Shown here in pieces: positions 9,501 to 17,500 of a DNA stretch of 39,089 bases. A program made the translations under genes and the position numbers. Position 1 is the first letter of the stretch. Each line of letters opens with the position of its first letter. Where the stretch lies: the NCBI GenBank assembly GCA_001782805.1, contig MFPT01000004.1, forward strand, positions 1 through 39,089. Direction: 5' to 3'. This DNA is from Candidatus Magasanikbacteria bacterium RIFCSPHIGHO2_01_FULL_41_23. GTDB taxonomy: Bacteria > Patescibacteriota > Patescibacteriia > Magasanikbacterales > UBA922. A model generated the notes under the pieces. The model made no database searches. It was not told the origin of the DNA and saw nothing but the letters and a program-made list of their open reading frames with translations.

Positions 9501-9549
9501 AATTCGCGAATGATTTAAAACCGGAGATTTCCAGCTTTTTCAAATACAT
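6511..9549 (-). CDS. smc: Chromosome segregation protein SMC (1012 aa, shortened arms)
   Basis: MYLKKLEISGFKSF, Walker A GPNGSGKSN, hinge GVATFLPLNKI, signature LSGGE, Walker B FLDEVEAALD. Start set at ATG 9549. Confidence 0.96.
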   Translation of the reverse strand: MYLKKLEISGFKSFANSTVLEFNPPASGHFSITAIVGPNGSGKSNVADAVRWVLGEQSIKQLRGKTSEDIIFSGSEHRGHLSVASVSMVLDNHDQRAAIEYEELIITRRVYRSGESEYLINGNQVRLLDLQLLLAQAQFGHGSYGVIGQGMIDRLLLQSASERKSFFDEAVGIKEFQIKRHQSYLKLCRTKENITQAELLLAEIEPHLKTLKRQAKKLTERQEVEAELVRLLTDYYASVYEHLSADIETRRVAMTALDNEYQTQEKNLLGIQTELAILAKSASRQEQFNELEREYQNLTKEKIEIERQESIITGRLHTEYSKVGKQNVAWLEEKIATLTTRASELSLESNRLEHTLVVARDDRQRTELLVEKIMHDRAEVLAQVSRLEKHWFDARQADHEVSFSGLRSAEEILRARHQFNGVVHGLVAQLASVEEKFRLALEVAAGSQLSSIVVEHDGVAEACINFLKERQLGVATFLPLNKIRSRPIPHDLSDYLQRKGVHGLAVNLVHFGSELADIFSFVFGATLIVDSIVVARDLGIGRLRMVTLSGDVLEMNGSMKGGYRRLTNSGLHFTLGRPTVAASMDNIEHELTETRARLTELERNERETHKSVSEAQVLERTLVEKFRFAQDTQTALSVELANLESERSLSTMNEKEYTVFTAELTEEREQIVQKIISLEKKITTVREQMGALNRVEEEKRQRIFALQDIMQKSQSRLNDTTAQKNAEQMELVKLETRREDLASDGYSELKQSPALWQTNQSQIYEAEQWEIIKNEIAKLKYRLSLIGGIDEEVLKEYEETQTRYDNLSGQLSDLNKATTDIETLITELDSVMKKKHSAAFSKIRQEFARYFALLFDGGKADLVEVYGEEAENSEMENADGAKNEEIESENPFKKKTKILMGIDVVAIPPGKKIKNIAALSGGERTLTSIALVSAILHTNPPPFVFLDEVEAALDEANTIRFNTILHELATQSQFILITHNRATMHAADVLYGVTMGADGVSKLLSVKLQATS

Positions 9550-9572
9550 ATTTTGAAAAAAGTATAACACTG

Positions 9573-9601
9573 TTGACAAAGGCGAGCAATGGCGATATGA
9601 T
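9573..9601 (+). promoter_or_regulatory. Promoter for the DHH gene
   Basis: TTGACA-17-TATGAT. Confidence 0.7.
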
Positions 9602-9634
9602 GTGGAGCTTTGTCCTCCAAGTTCTAAACGCTAT

Positions 9635-10630
9635 ATGAAAGAACGAATTGCTCACGAAATTTATCGCCGACTTTTGGCCAGCACGAACGTGCTTATTTTG
9701 CCGCATCAGCGTCCGGACGGCGATGCCATGGGAGCGGCCACGGCGCTCGCGACTTTTTTGGATAATCATAAAATTGGCTGGCAAATTTGGTGCAAAACTC
9801 CGCCTCCATCTGGACTGTTATTTTTGCCGCACGCGAAAAAAGTGCAAACCGATCCGGAATTATGGCAACACGAAAAATTTGACACGATTGTGGCGGTTGA
9901 TTCCGGCGACTTGGTTTATAATGGTTCAGCCGAATATCTTGCCCGACTTCCTTACCATCCCACAATTATTAATATTGATCATCATCCGACCAATAAAAAT
10001 TATGGTGACATGAATTTGGTGATCCCGACCGCTTCTTCCACCAATGAAATTTTGTATACTTTTTTCTTGGTCAATCGCGAACCGATTACCATGCCCATGG
10101 CCACATCACTGATGACTGGTCTTTTAACCGATACGGGAATATTTACTAATTCTGCGACCAGTAAACGCGCGTTATCGGTTGGCAGTGAATTGATTGGTCG
10201 CGGCGCGGACTTTCGCCTCATTAAACAAGAAGTGATCACGGATAAATCAGTCGCGGGTTTGCGTTTGTGGGGATTGGTGATGAGCCGATTGGCTTTGCAT
10301 GAACCCACTGGCATTGTTCATACCTATGTTACGCATCAAGATTTGAAAAATTTTGCGGCGACCGAAGAAGATGCGGATGGCATTGCCAATTTTTTGAATT
10401 TTTTAGAAGAAGGACAAGCCTCCATGGTACTAAAAGCACACGCTGATGGCACAATCAAAGGCAGTTTTCGCACCACTAAAAATAACGTGGATGTTTCGGC
10501 GTGGGCGCAATTATTCGGCGGCGGCGGACACATCAAAGCCGCGGGATTTTCCGTGGAGGGACCGATTGAACGCGCGATTGAACATATTTTGGAGACGATT
10601 GCAAAACATAAAAATTCGACTACCATATAA
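9635..10630 (+). CDS. nrnA: DHH/DHHA1 phosphoesterase (NrnA-like oligoribonuclease/pAp phosphatase)
   Basis: Motifs HQRPDGDA, NIDHH, TDTG and GGGGHIKAAG. Confidence 0.9.
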   Translation: MKERIAHEIYRRLLASTNVLILPHQRPDGDAMGAATALATFLDNHKIGWQIWCKTPPPSGLLFLPHAKKVQTDPELWQHEKFDTIVAVDSGDLVYNGSAEYLARLPYHPTIINIDHHPTNKNYGDMNLVIPTASSTNEILYTFFLVNREPITMPMATSLMTGLLTDTGIFTNSATSKRALSVGSELIGRGADFRLIKQEVITDKSVAGLRLWGLVMSRLALHEPTGIVHTYVTHQDLKNFAATEEDADGIANFLNFLEEGQASMVLKAHADGTIKGSFRTTKNNVDVSAWAQLFGGGGHIKAAGFSVEGPIERAIEHILETIAKHKNSTTI

Positions 10631-10720
10631 TAAATAATTCGTGCTCATCCCATTCTATTTCCGGTTGTCAATTCTTCCTAAAAATGGTACGCTAAAAATG
10701 ATTTGGACTAATGGAAAAAT

Positions 10721-12211
10721 ATGGAAATTACCAAAAATCCCACGATTAAAGGACTGTTGGAAAAAATAAAAAAATACGCGCCCAACGCTGACTTGGACGT
10801 AATTCGTTTGGCCTATGATTTCGCGGCCGAGGCGCACCAAGGTCAAACGCGTAAATCCGGCGAGCCATATATTATTCATCCGTTATCTGCGGCGCACTAT
10901 TTGGCTGATTCCAAAATTGATCCCACCATTATCGCGGCTACGCTTCTGCATGATGTACCCGAAGACACCACAGTAACATTGGAAGATATTCAAAAAAATT
11001 TTGGCAGTGAAATCGCCGGTCTGGTGCGCGGCATTACCAAACTGGGAAAATTAAAATATCGCGGCGTGGAACGCTACATTGAAAATTTGCGCAAAATGTT
11101 CATTGCCATGGCCGAGGATGTGCGCGTCATGATTATGAAATTCGCGGATAGAATTCATAATCTAAATACACTGGAACATCTGCCTCCGCAAAAACGCTAT
11201 CGCATCGCGCTGGAAAGTTTGGAAATTTACGCGCCGATCGCCAATCGTTTGGGAATGGATGATATGAAAGGCGAGCTGGAAGATTTGTCATTTCAATATG
11301 TCTATCCCAAAGAATATCAGCGCGTCAAAGCCATCCGCGATGAAAAATTAGCCGGGAAAGAAAGTTACTTTGAAAAAATCATTGGGAAAACTAAAAATCA
11401 ATTACAGCAAGCCGGAGTCAAAACAGTCAATGTCTACGGACGCAGTAAACGCTTGTACAGTTTGTATCAAAAATTAATCCGCAAAGACAATGAAATCACT
11501 AATGTGTATGACACGTTCGCGATTCGCATTATCGTGCCAACTGTGGCTGACTGCTACGCTTCTTTGGGGATTTTGCACACACTTTGGAAGCCATTAAAGG
11601 GACGAATCAAAGACTATATTTCGCAACCAAAACCAAATGGCTATCAATCTTTGCACACCACTGTTTTCAGTGAAGGCGGAGAAATCGTGGAATTTCAAAT
11701 CCGCACGCAAAAAATGCACGACGAAGCGGAATATGGCGTGGCCGCGCATTGGCATTACGATGAATTTGGCTCGCGCTTGCCCAAACGAGAAATCAAATGG
11801 GCCAAAGAATTGGCGGAAATTCAAAAAGATATATTAAACAAATTGTCTGATTTGGAAGAAATGAAAGTGGATTTTTTGCAAACCAGAATTTTTGTTTTTA
11901 CGCCCAAAGGCGATGTGATTGATTTGCCCGAAGGCGCCACTGCCGTTGATTTTGCCTATCACATTCACAGTGATGTGGGCGACAAATGCACGGGAGTTAT
12001 GATTAATGACAAAATGGGAAAACTGGACAGTGAATTAAAAAATGGTGATGTGGTGGAAGTTATTACGGATAAAAATCGCAAAGGGCCGAGTCAAGATTGG
12101 CTACAATTTGTCAAAACTCACACGGCGAAAACGCAAATAAAAAGTAATATAAAGGAACAAAATAATTCCACGATCAGCAAACTTTTGAAAGCCATGTTGC
12201 CCAGAAAATAA
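10721..12211 (+). CDS. rel: RelA/SpoT family (p)ppGpp synthetase/hydrolase (HD, SYNTH and TGS domains; no ACT)
   Basis: Motifs RKSGEPYIIHP, LHDVPED, KPNGYQSLHT, EFQIRT and FTPKGDVIDLP. Confidence 0.95.
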   Translation: MEITKNPTIKGLLEKIKKYAPNADLDVIRLAYDFAAEAHQGQTRKSGEPYIIHPLSAAHYLADSKIDPTIIAATLLHDVPEDTTVTLEDIQKNFGSEIAGLVRGITKLGKLKYRGVERYIENLRKMFIAMAEDVRVMIMKFADRIHNLNTLEHLPPQKRYRIALESLEIYAPIANRLGMDDMKGELEDLSFQYVYPKEYQRVKAIRDEKLAGKESYFEKIIGKTKNQLQQAGVKTVNVYGRSKRLYSLYQKLIRKDNEITNVYDTFAIRIIVPTVADCYASLGILHTLWKPLKGRIKDYISQPKPNGYQSLHTTVFSEGGEIVEFQIRTQKMHDEAEYGVAAHWHYDEFGSRLPKREIKWAKELAEIQKDILNKLSDLEEMKVDFLQTRIFVFTPKGDVIDLPEGATAVDFAYHIHSDVGDKCTGVMINDKMGKLDSELKNGDVVEVITDKNRKGPSQDWLQFVKTHTAKTQIKSNIKEQNNSTISKLLKAMLPRK

Positions 12212-12234
12212 TGAGCTTTATTTATCGCTTATTA

Positions 12235-13086
12235 TTATGTTCCCATCTCATCAACCAATCGGCGCAATTCTTCGCGACTGGTAAATTGAATTTCAATCGT
12301 GCCATGATCGCCGCGCGGACGAATAATCACTTTGGCTCCGAGACGTTTGCTAATCATATCTTCAAACATATTAACATTGGGATCGCGACGCACCGAACCT
12401 TTGCGCGAAGCCGGACCATGCGCTGCGACCGCATGTTCCACGTCACGAACCGTTGTGCCTTGAGTCAAAAGACTATGAAAAACATTCAGTTGTTCTTTGG
12501 TACTTTTTAAACTTAATAATGCACGCGCTTTGCCCGTGGATAATTGGCCATCCATAAGCGCGCGTTGAATTTCTTCGGGCAATTCCAGTAAACGAATCGT
12601 ATTCGCGATTACTGGCCGACTTTTGCCCACTTGGTCAGCCACTTCTTGTTGCGTCAAATTAAATTCATCAATCAAACGCTTAAACGCAAAAGCTTCTTCA
12701 ATCGGATTCAAATCTTGCCGTTGAATATTTTCAATTAAAGCCAGCTCCAATTTTTCCTGATCAGTGGCAGTCCGCACAATCGCGGGCACTGTTGCCAAGC
12801 CGGCAATTTGCGAAGCGCGAAACCGACGTTCGCCGGCAATCAGTTCATATCCGCCATCAGCGCGTTCGGTCACAGTAATCGGCTGCAAAACTCCATGCTT
12901 TTTAATTGATCCCACCAAATCTTCCAAATCCGCATGCGAAAAAATTCGCCGCGGCTGTTCGGGATTCGGAACAATTTCCGTGAGTGGAATTTGCCAGATA
13001 CGATCCGTATTATTATGCGCGGAAGAATCGCGCATAGTTTGCCGCGCGTTTGGGATGAGTGAATCAAGACCTTTTCCTAGTGCCAT
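12235..13086 (-). CDS. parB: ParB/Spo0J partition protein
   Basis: LGKGLDSLI, PNPEQPRR, IAGERRFRA, ENIQRQDLNPIEEA and an HTH. Confidence 0.96.
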   Translation of the reverse strand: MALGKGLDSLIPNARQTMRDSSAHNNTDRIWQIPLTEIVPNPEQPRRIFSHADLEDLVGSIKKHGVLQPITVTERADGGYELIAGERRFRASQIAGLATVPAIVRTATDQEKLELALIENIQRQDLNPIEEAFAFKRLIDEFNLTQQEVADQVGKSRPVIANTIRLLELPEEIQRALMDGQLSTGKARALLSLKSTKEQLNVFHSLLTQGTTVRDVEHAVAAHGPASRKGSVRRDPNVNMFEDMISKRLGAKVIIRPRGDHGTIEIQFTSREELRRLVDEMGT

Positions 13087-13114
13087 ATTTCGCATTCAGT
13101 ATAAATAAAAAAAA

Positions 13115-13885
13115 TTAGTCAATCCCATGTTTATCCGCGATTTCTCTGACCAAACGTTCATAGGCATGAGCGCCTTTGCCACTTGGTTCATAATGAAAAA
13201 TTGATTTTCCAAAACTGGGCGCTTCGGCCAAACGCACTGTCCGCGGAATCACCGAACGAAAAATCGTATTGGGAAAATATTTATACAATTCGCGCATAAC
13301 TTCTTCGGACAAGCGCGTGCGTTTATCAAACATCGTAATGACCGCGCCCAAAATTTCCAATTCAGGTTTAATGTGATTTTGCACCAAACCAATCGTTTCC
13401 AACAATTGCCCCAAACCTTCAAGCGCATAATATTCGGCCTGAACCGGAATCAACAATTCATTGGCCGCGGCCAAACTATTAATGGTCAAAAGTCCCAATG
13501 ATGGCGGACAATCGATGATAATATAATCATAAGCATGATGAACTTCGGACAACAAATCACTCAGTCGATGTTCACGCCGCTCAACGGTTACCAATTCAAC
13601 ATTTGCTCCGGCCAAATGCGGTGTGGCCGGCGCCACGCGCAAACCAGGATGTGAGGTGTGGAGTACAATATCGTGTAGTCGTTTTTGTTGGGAAAGCGCT
13701 TCGTAAATTCCATATTGAACACGATCTTTGGTCAAACCAAGTCCACTCGAAGCATTAGCTTGCGGATCCATATCCACCAACAAAACATTTTTTCCCATGT
13801 CTGCCAAGCCAGCCGCAACATTAATAGCCGTAGTGGTTTTGCCCACTCCGCCTTTTTGATTTACCACAGAAATAATTTTTGTCAT
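13115..13885 (-). CDS. parA: ParA/Soj ATPase
   Basis: NQKGGVGKTT, DMDPQAN and IDCPPSLG. The likely start is ATG 13885 because the longer ORF runs into tRNA-Leu. Confidence 0.96.
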   Translation of the reverse strand: MTKIISVVNQKGGVGKTTTAINVAAGLADMGKNVLLVDMDPQANASSGLGLTKDRVQYGIYEALSQQKRLHDIVLHTSHPGLRVAPATPHLAGANVELVTVERREHRLSDLLSEVHHAYDYIIIDCPPSLGLLTINSLAAANELLIPVQAEYYALEGLGQLLETIGLVQNHIKPELEILGAVITMFDKRTRLSEEVMRELYKYFPNTIFRSVIPRTVRLAEAPSFGKSIFHYEPSGKGAHAYERLVREIADKHGID

Positions 13886-13927
13886 AGTTCGGCAATTCGA
13901 CAAGCTCATTGTAAACAAGCTCACTAT
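13884..13927. repeat. Nested pair of family-1 palindromic elements
   Basis: ATAG-TTCG[GCAA-TTCGACAAGCTCA-TTGTAA]ACAAGCTCA-CTAT. Confidence 0.75.
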
Positions 13928-13979
13928 AAATATCTCGATAAAAACTCGGTATAAATACTGAAAATAGTATAACAAATAA

Positions 13980-14008
13980 TTGACAGGAGCACCACGGTTT
14001 GCTACAGT
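13980..14008 (+). promoter_or_regulatory. tRNA-Leu promoter
   Basis: TTGACA-17-TACAGT. Confidence 0.7.
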
Positions 14009-14025
14009 ACGGAAGTTAAAAATAT

Positions 14026-14109
14026 GCCGCGATGGCGGAATTGGTAGACGCAACGGACTCAAAATCCGTCGATCGCAAGGTCATGAGAGTTCGATTCTCT
14101 CTCGCGGCA
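14026..14109 (+). tRNA. tRNA-Leu(CAA)
   Basis: GCCGCGA..TCGCGGC-A; anticodon arm ACGGA-CTCAAAA-TCCGT; long variable arm. Confidence 0.96.
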
Positions 14110-14126
14110 CACATAAAACTAAAAAC

Positions 14127-15173
14127 CTACTTTTGTTTTTGTAACATCCTTAAAGCGTCTTCTTTGTATTTAAGAATATTTTCCAGATAATGAGGATTAT
14201 TATTCCTCCATCTTCTTCCATTATAAAAAGAAGCAGTGTCTTCATTAAAATCAAGCAATTGAGTCAGCTCATTAACAAGCTGACTGGTCATTTTGTTAGT
14301 CATTTCTGACAAATCAAAATTTGAATAACGCGACATTTCACCAAGTTTTTCAATCATAAACGCCAAACATAATTCCGCGCCATTTTGCGGATGATACAAC
14401 TGACCTTCTGTTCTTTTCAAACCACGACGCGCGCGCAAACCTGGCCCAACCATAAGAACATGGAAAAGTGAAAATGAAAAAGCAGAATGTCCTGGTTCAT
14501 ACCGATGCATTTCAAATTGACCAATCGGCGCGCCGCCTGATTCTTGTTTGGCAAAAGCAATCATGGCCGCCACAATATCTATATCAGTCTGTCCCGCACG
14601 AAGTTGTTGAATGAATTTTCCATATTTAGGATGTTCGGAAAGATGGCGCAAAGCACGCAGTGCGTGCTCGGCAAACACTTCATCGGAAATTTCTCTATCT
14701 TTATTTTCCATTGGGATAGGGATATACATGTTTGTTCTAAGTGATCTTTCCGGAATATTGAAAGATTTAATTTTTGCAGTTTGGTTTTCCAAATATTCAA
14801 ATCCTCTAATTGCCAAAAGTTTTAAACGTATATAATCAATTGTATCCCCTTGTTGAACTATATAAAATTTCAGCCCAATGTCGTCAAATATTCTGACTCC
14901 GGGCGCAATCGTCTTTGTTCGTTCCGCTTTATCAGTCGTTTCAAAATTACCATCAGGAAAATCAATAAAATATTCAGGCGAACTTGTATCTATCAGCTCC
15001 ATACCACCTTCTTCTTCTGAAGAACCAAATCTTTCTACCAAAAATTTTCCTAAAGTAGCTGCGCCGAGCACAGCGCCACCTATACCAAAAATTTCACGTC
15101 GAGTAAATTTTGGTCTTTGACCCGGAGGAGTTTCACTAAATGATGGATCGTTTCCTGGATTTTCCGAATTCAT
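14127..15173 (-). CDS. Membrane-anchored protein with LysM-like and lysozyme/transglycosylase-like segments
   Basis: TRREIFG followed by a hydrophobic stretch; YIVQQGDTI (LysM-like start); AKQESGG and FYNG...Y (SLT-like motifs). Confidence 0.5.
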   Translation of the reverse strand: MNSENPGNDPSFSETPPGQRPKFTRREIFGIGGAVLGAATLGKFLVERFGSSEEEGGMELIDTSSPEYFIDFPDGNFETTDKAERTKTIAPGVRIFDDIGLKFYIVQQGDTIDYIRLKLLAIRGFEYLENQTAKIKSFNIPERSLRTNMYIPIPMENKDREISDEVFAEHALRALRHLSEHPKYGKFIQQLRAGQTDIDIVAAMIAFAKQESGGAPIGQFEMHRYEPGHSAFSFSLFHVLMVGPGLRARRGLKRTEGQLYHPQNGAELCLAFMIEKLGEMSRYSNFDLSEMTNKMTSQLVNELTQLLDFNEDTASFYNGRRWRNNNPHYLENILKYKEDALRMLQKQK

Positions 15174-15217
15174 AAAATTTTTGGATGCTTAAGGTTAATG
15201 TTTATAATTATACCATA

Positions 15218-16246
15218 TTATTTCCACTCATAACTCCGATAAACCCACTTGGCCAATTCTCGCGCTTCCACAAAACGTGCATCATTAGTGACCGCGCCCA
15301 GGACAACAATATCAACAACATGGCTAGTTGATGAAGTCACTTGGAAAGCAAAATTATAATCAGATTCGGGAATGGAGCCGGTTTTGCCGCCACGAATATT
15401 CAAACCATGTTTGGGAATAATGCCACTGACCAACCAATCTGTGGTTTTTAATGTTTTAGCGAATCTATTATCAACGGTTGAGATTCTATATTCCGGTAAA
15501 ATAACAAAATCGCGAATCATTGGTTTTTTAAACGCTTCGAAAATTAAAAGCGCAATGTCTGCGGCCGTGCTGGTATTTTTGGGATCAAGTCCGGTTGGTT
15601 CTGCAATATGAGTGTTAGTCAGCCCCAATTGAGTGGCTTTTTGATTAAGCCGCTCCACAAATTCAGTGCGCGAAAATCCTGATGCGTCAACCAATGACAA
15701 AATTGCGCGATTCGATGAAGCGACGAGTGATGCTCCCCACAAATCTTTAATTAAGTATGTTTGATTGGCAACAATGTCATTATCATAAACAGCATCAATT
15801 GCCGCCGTGGTAGTGGCGGAAAAATCAAGTGGTGTTTCCAAAAGTACCAATGCCGACAATAATTTGGTAATGCTCGCGATTGGCCATGGCTCATACGCGG
15901 CTTTGCCAAACAGCATTTCTCCCGTGGTATTATCGCGTACCACAATATGGCGGCCGGTAAACGCGGTCGGATCAAGTGGCTGCGCGTCAACTCGACGAAT
16001 TGGCCGAAGTGGTGTTGGTAAAAGAACAACAGGCAATGATGGTCTGATTCGCCACCAATTATTAACAGAAATCTTACCGGCTAATCGTTCGGCAAAATTC
16101 AACCACTGACTAGTAATATATTGTTCCACGCTTACACTGAAACCGAATATAATTATCAGAAAAAAAATCACTAATAAAAAAAATCCCCTGACACGAGTGC
16201 GTTCGGAATTATTTCTATGTTCAAAATTTTGCAAAAAATTAATCAT
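15218..16246 (-). CDS. D-alanyl-D-alanine carboxypeptidase/endopeptidase, peptidase S11
   Basis: SxxK (ASITKL), SxN (SSN), EPTGLD and KTG motifs; N-terminal TM segment. Confidence 0.9.
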   Translation of the reverse strand: MINFLQNFEHRNNSERTRVRGFFLLVIFFLIIIFGFSVSVEQYITSQWLNFAERLAGKISVNNWWRIRPSLPVVLLPTPLRPIRRVDAQPLDPTAFTGRHIVVRDNTTGEMLFGKAAYEPWPIASITKLLSALVLLETPLDFSATTTAAIDAVYDNDIVANQTYLIKDLWGASLVASSNRAILSLVDASGFSRTEFVERLNQKATQLGLTNTHIAEPTGLDPKNTSTAADIALLIFEAFKKPMIRDFVILPEYRISTVDNRFAKTLKTTDWLVSGIIPKHGLNIRGGKTGSIPESDYNFAFQVTSSTSHVVDIVVLGAVTNDARFVEARELAKWVYRSYEWK

Positions 16247-16793
16247 GAATTGTGACAGAAGAATTATTCGGTTCAACGCTGGCGACAATGTGCGCATGAT
16301 TATGCAGTTCAGAATAATTGGACAAATCTTCCGGAGAATGTAAACCCAACTGACGCAAAGCCGTGGCTGAAACGCGATAAACAGCCATTAACGCGTCAAT
16401 TGATTCCTCTTCTTCCACCAAACCGCGTAGAGAAAGATTGCGTAAAATAATCGCGCAATTGACACCACGAATCGCTTCAATTTCCGGACGCGTGATTGGA
16501 CCTTGATACGCCACTACGGTCAAAGTTTCCAATTGAGCGCGCGTTAACTCTCCCATCAATTCCTGCGTGGTGAATTTGGCCACGATCTCGACATTTTCCG
16601 GATTAGTTACCATTTGAATATCAGCGCCAGTATCAATAATGTGAATGCCGGAATTCGGAGAATTGAACCGTTCTTTTAAATCAATGATCGCAGTTTCCAA
16701 AGTTTCATTGTCCACTCCGAGCGCTTTTTTTAATTCCAAACGTGATAATGGTTTGGAAGCGATGTATAAAATTGATTCGAGTTGTGATGTCAT
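16239..16793 (-). CDS. scpB: Segregation and condensation protein B
   Basis: LESILY and LETLTVVAYQGPITRPEIEAIRGVN. Confidence 0.95.
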   Translation of the reverse strand: MTSQLESILYIASKPLSRLELKKALGVDNETLETAIIDLKERFNSPNSGIHIIDTGADIQMVTNPENVEIVAKFTTQELMGELTRAQLETLTVVAYQGPITRPEIEAIRGVNCAIILRNLSLRGLVEEEESIDALMAVYRVSATALRQLGLHSPEDLSNYSELHNHAHIVASVEPNNSSVTIHD

Positions 16794-16796
16794 AAA

Positions 16797-17495
16797 TTAT
16801 CCGTTACTCACTAAAATATCTCCAAATTGTTCTTGCTGGTCAATTTTCACAACCCGAATTTTTACTAACTCGAGGAGCGCCAAAAAACTAACGATCAATT
16901 CCGTGCGATTCTCGCGCGACGACAAACTATCCAATAAAGAAAACGCGCCACGACTCAACAATTGTCGCAAATGCTGAATTTTTTCCTTAATCGAAACAGC
17001 TCGGTCAATCGTCGCAAAAGGCAAAGGTTTGGGCGGACGCAATTTTTTTAGCAAACGCTCAAAACTTTCTTTTAAAGCATCAATTGTAACATTGCTCGGC
17101 AAACCTTCGGGAATAATAACACGAACCGATTGAACCCGAAAGGCGCTGAAATTATGTGCCAACCAACGTCGATTCATCTCGCGACTGGCAATCACAAATC
17201 GCTGATATAAACGCAACTGATCCGCCAAACTCTGACCCGAATCTTTTTCGTCTTCAAGTGGCAAAAACGCGGGCAAAATCGCGCGTGATTTTAAATATAA
17301 CAAACGCGCAGCCACAACGAGAAAATCCGCCAATTCTTGCCCATCATGATTGTCCATCGTTTCTAAATACTGCAAAAAACCATCAGTCACTTCCGCAATC
17401 GCGATTTCGGAAATATCGGTTTTTTTTTCTTCTATTAATGACAACAACAGGTCAAGCGGTCCGGTAAAATTAGCAAGTTGAAAAGTCACGGGCAT
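16797..17495 (-). CDS. scpA: Segregation and condensation protein A (kleisin)
   Basis: FTGPLDLLLSLI, LYLKSRAILP and FLALLEL. Confidence 0.95.
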   Translation of the reverse strand: MPVTFQLANFTGPLDLLLSLIEEKKTDISEIAIAEVTDGFLQYLETMDNHDGQELADFLVVAARLLYLKSRAILPAFLPLEDEKDSGQSLADQLRLYQRFVIASREMNRRWLAHNFSAFRVQSVRVIIPEGLPSNVTIDALKESFERLLKKLRPPKPLPFATIDRAVSIKEKIQHLRQLLSRGAFSLLDSLSSRENRTELIVSFLALLELVKIRVVKIDQQEQFGDILVSNG

Positions 17496-17500
17496 AAACG

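Noticed and set aside
12434-12449. parS-like TGTTCCACGTCACGAA inside parB
   Set aside because: Only the left half matches TGTTNCACGTGAAACA and it is not palindromic.
13886-14062. 59-aa N-terminal extension of ParA in the ORF track
   Set aside because: It overlaps tRNA-Leu, its promoter and the nested repeat. The canonical ParA start MTKIISVVNQKGG is at 13885.
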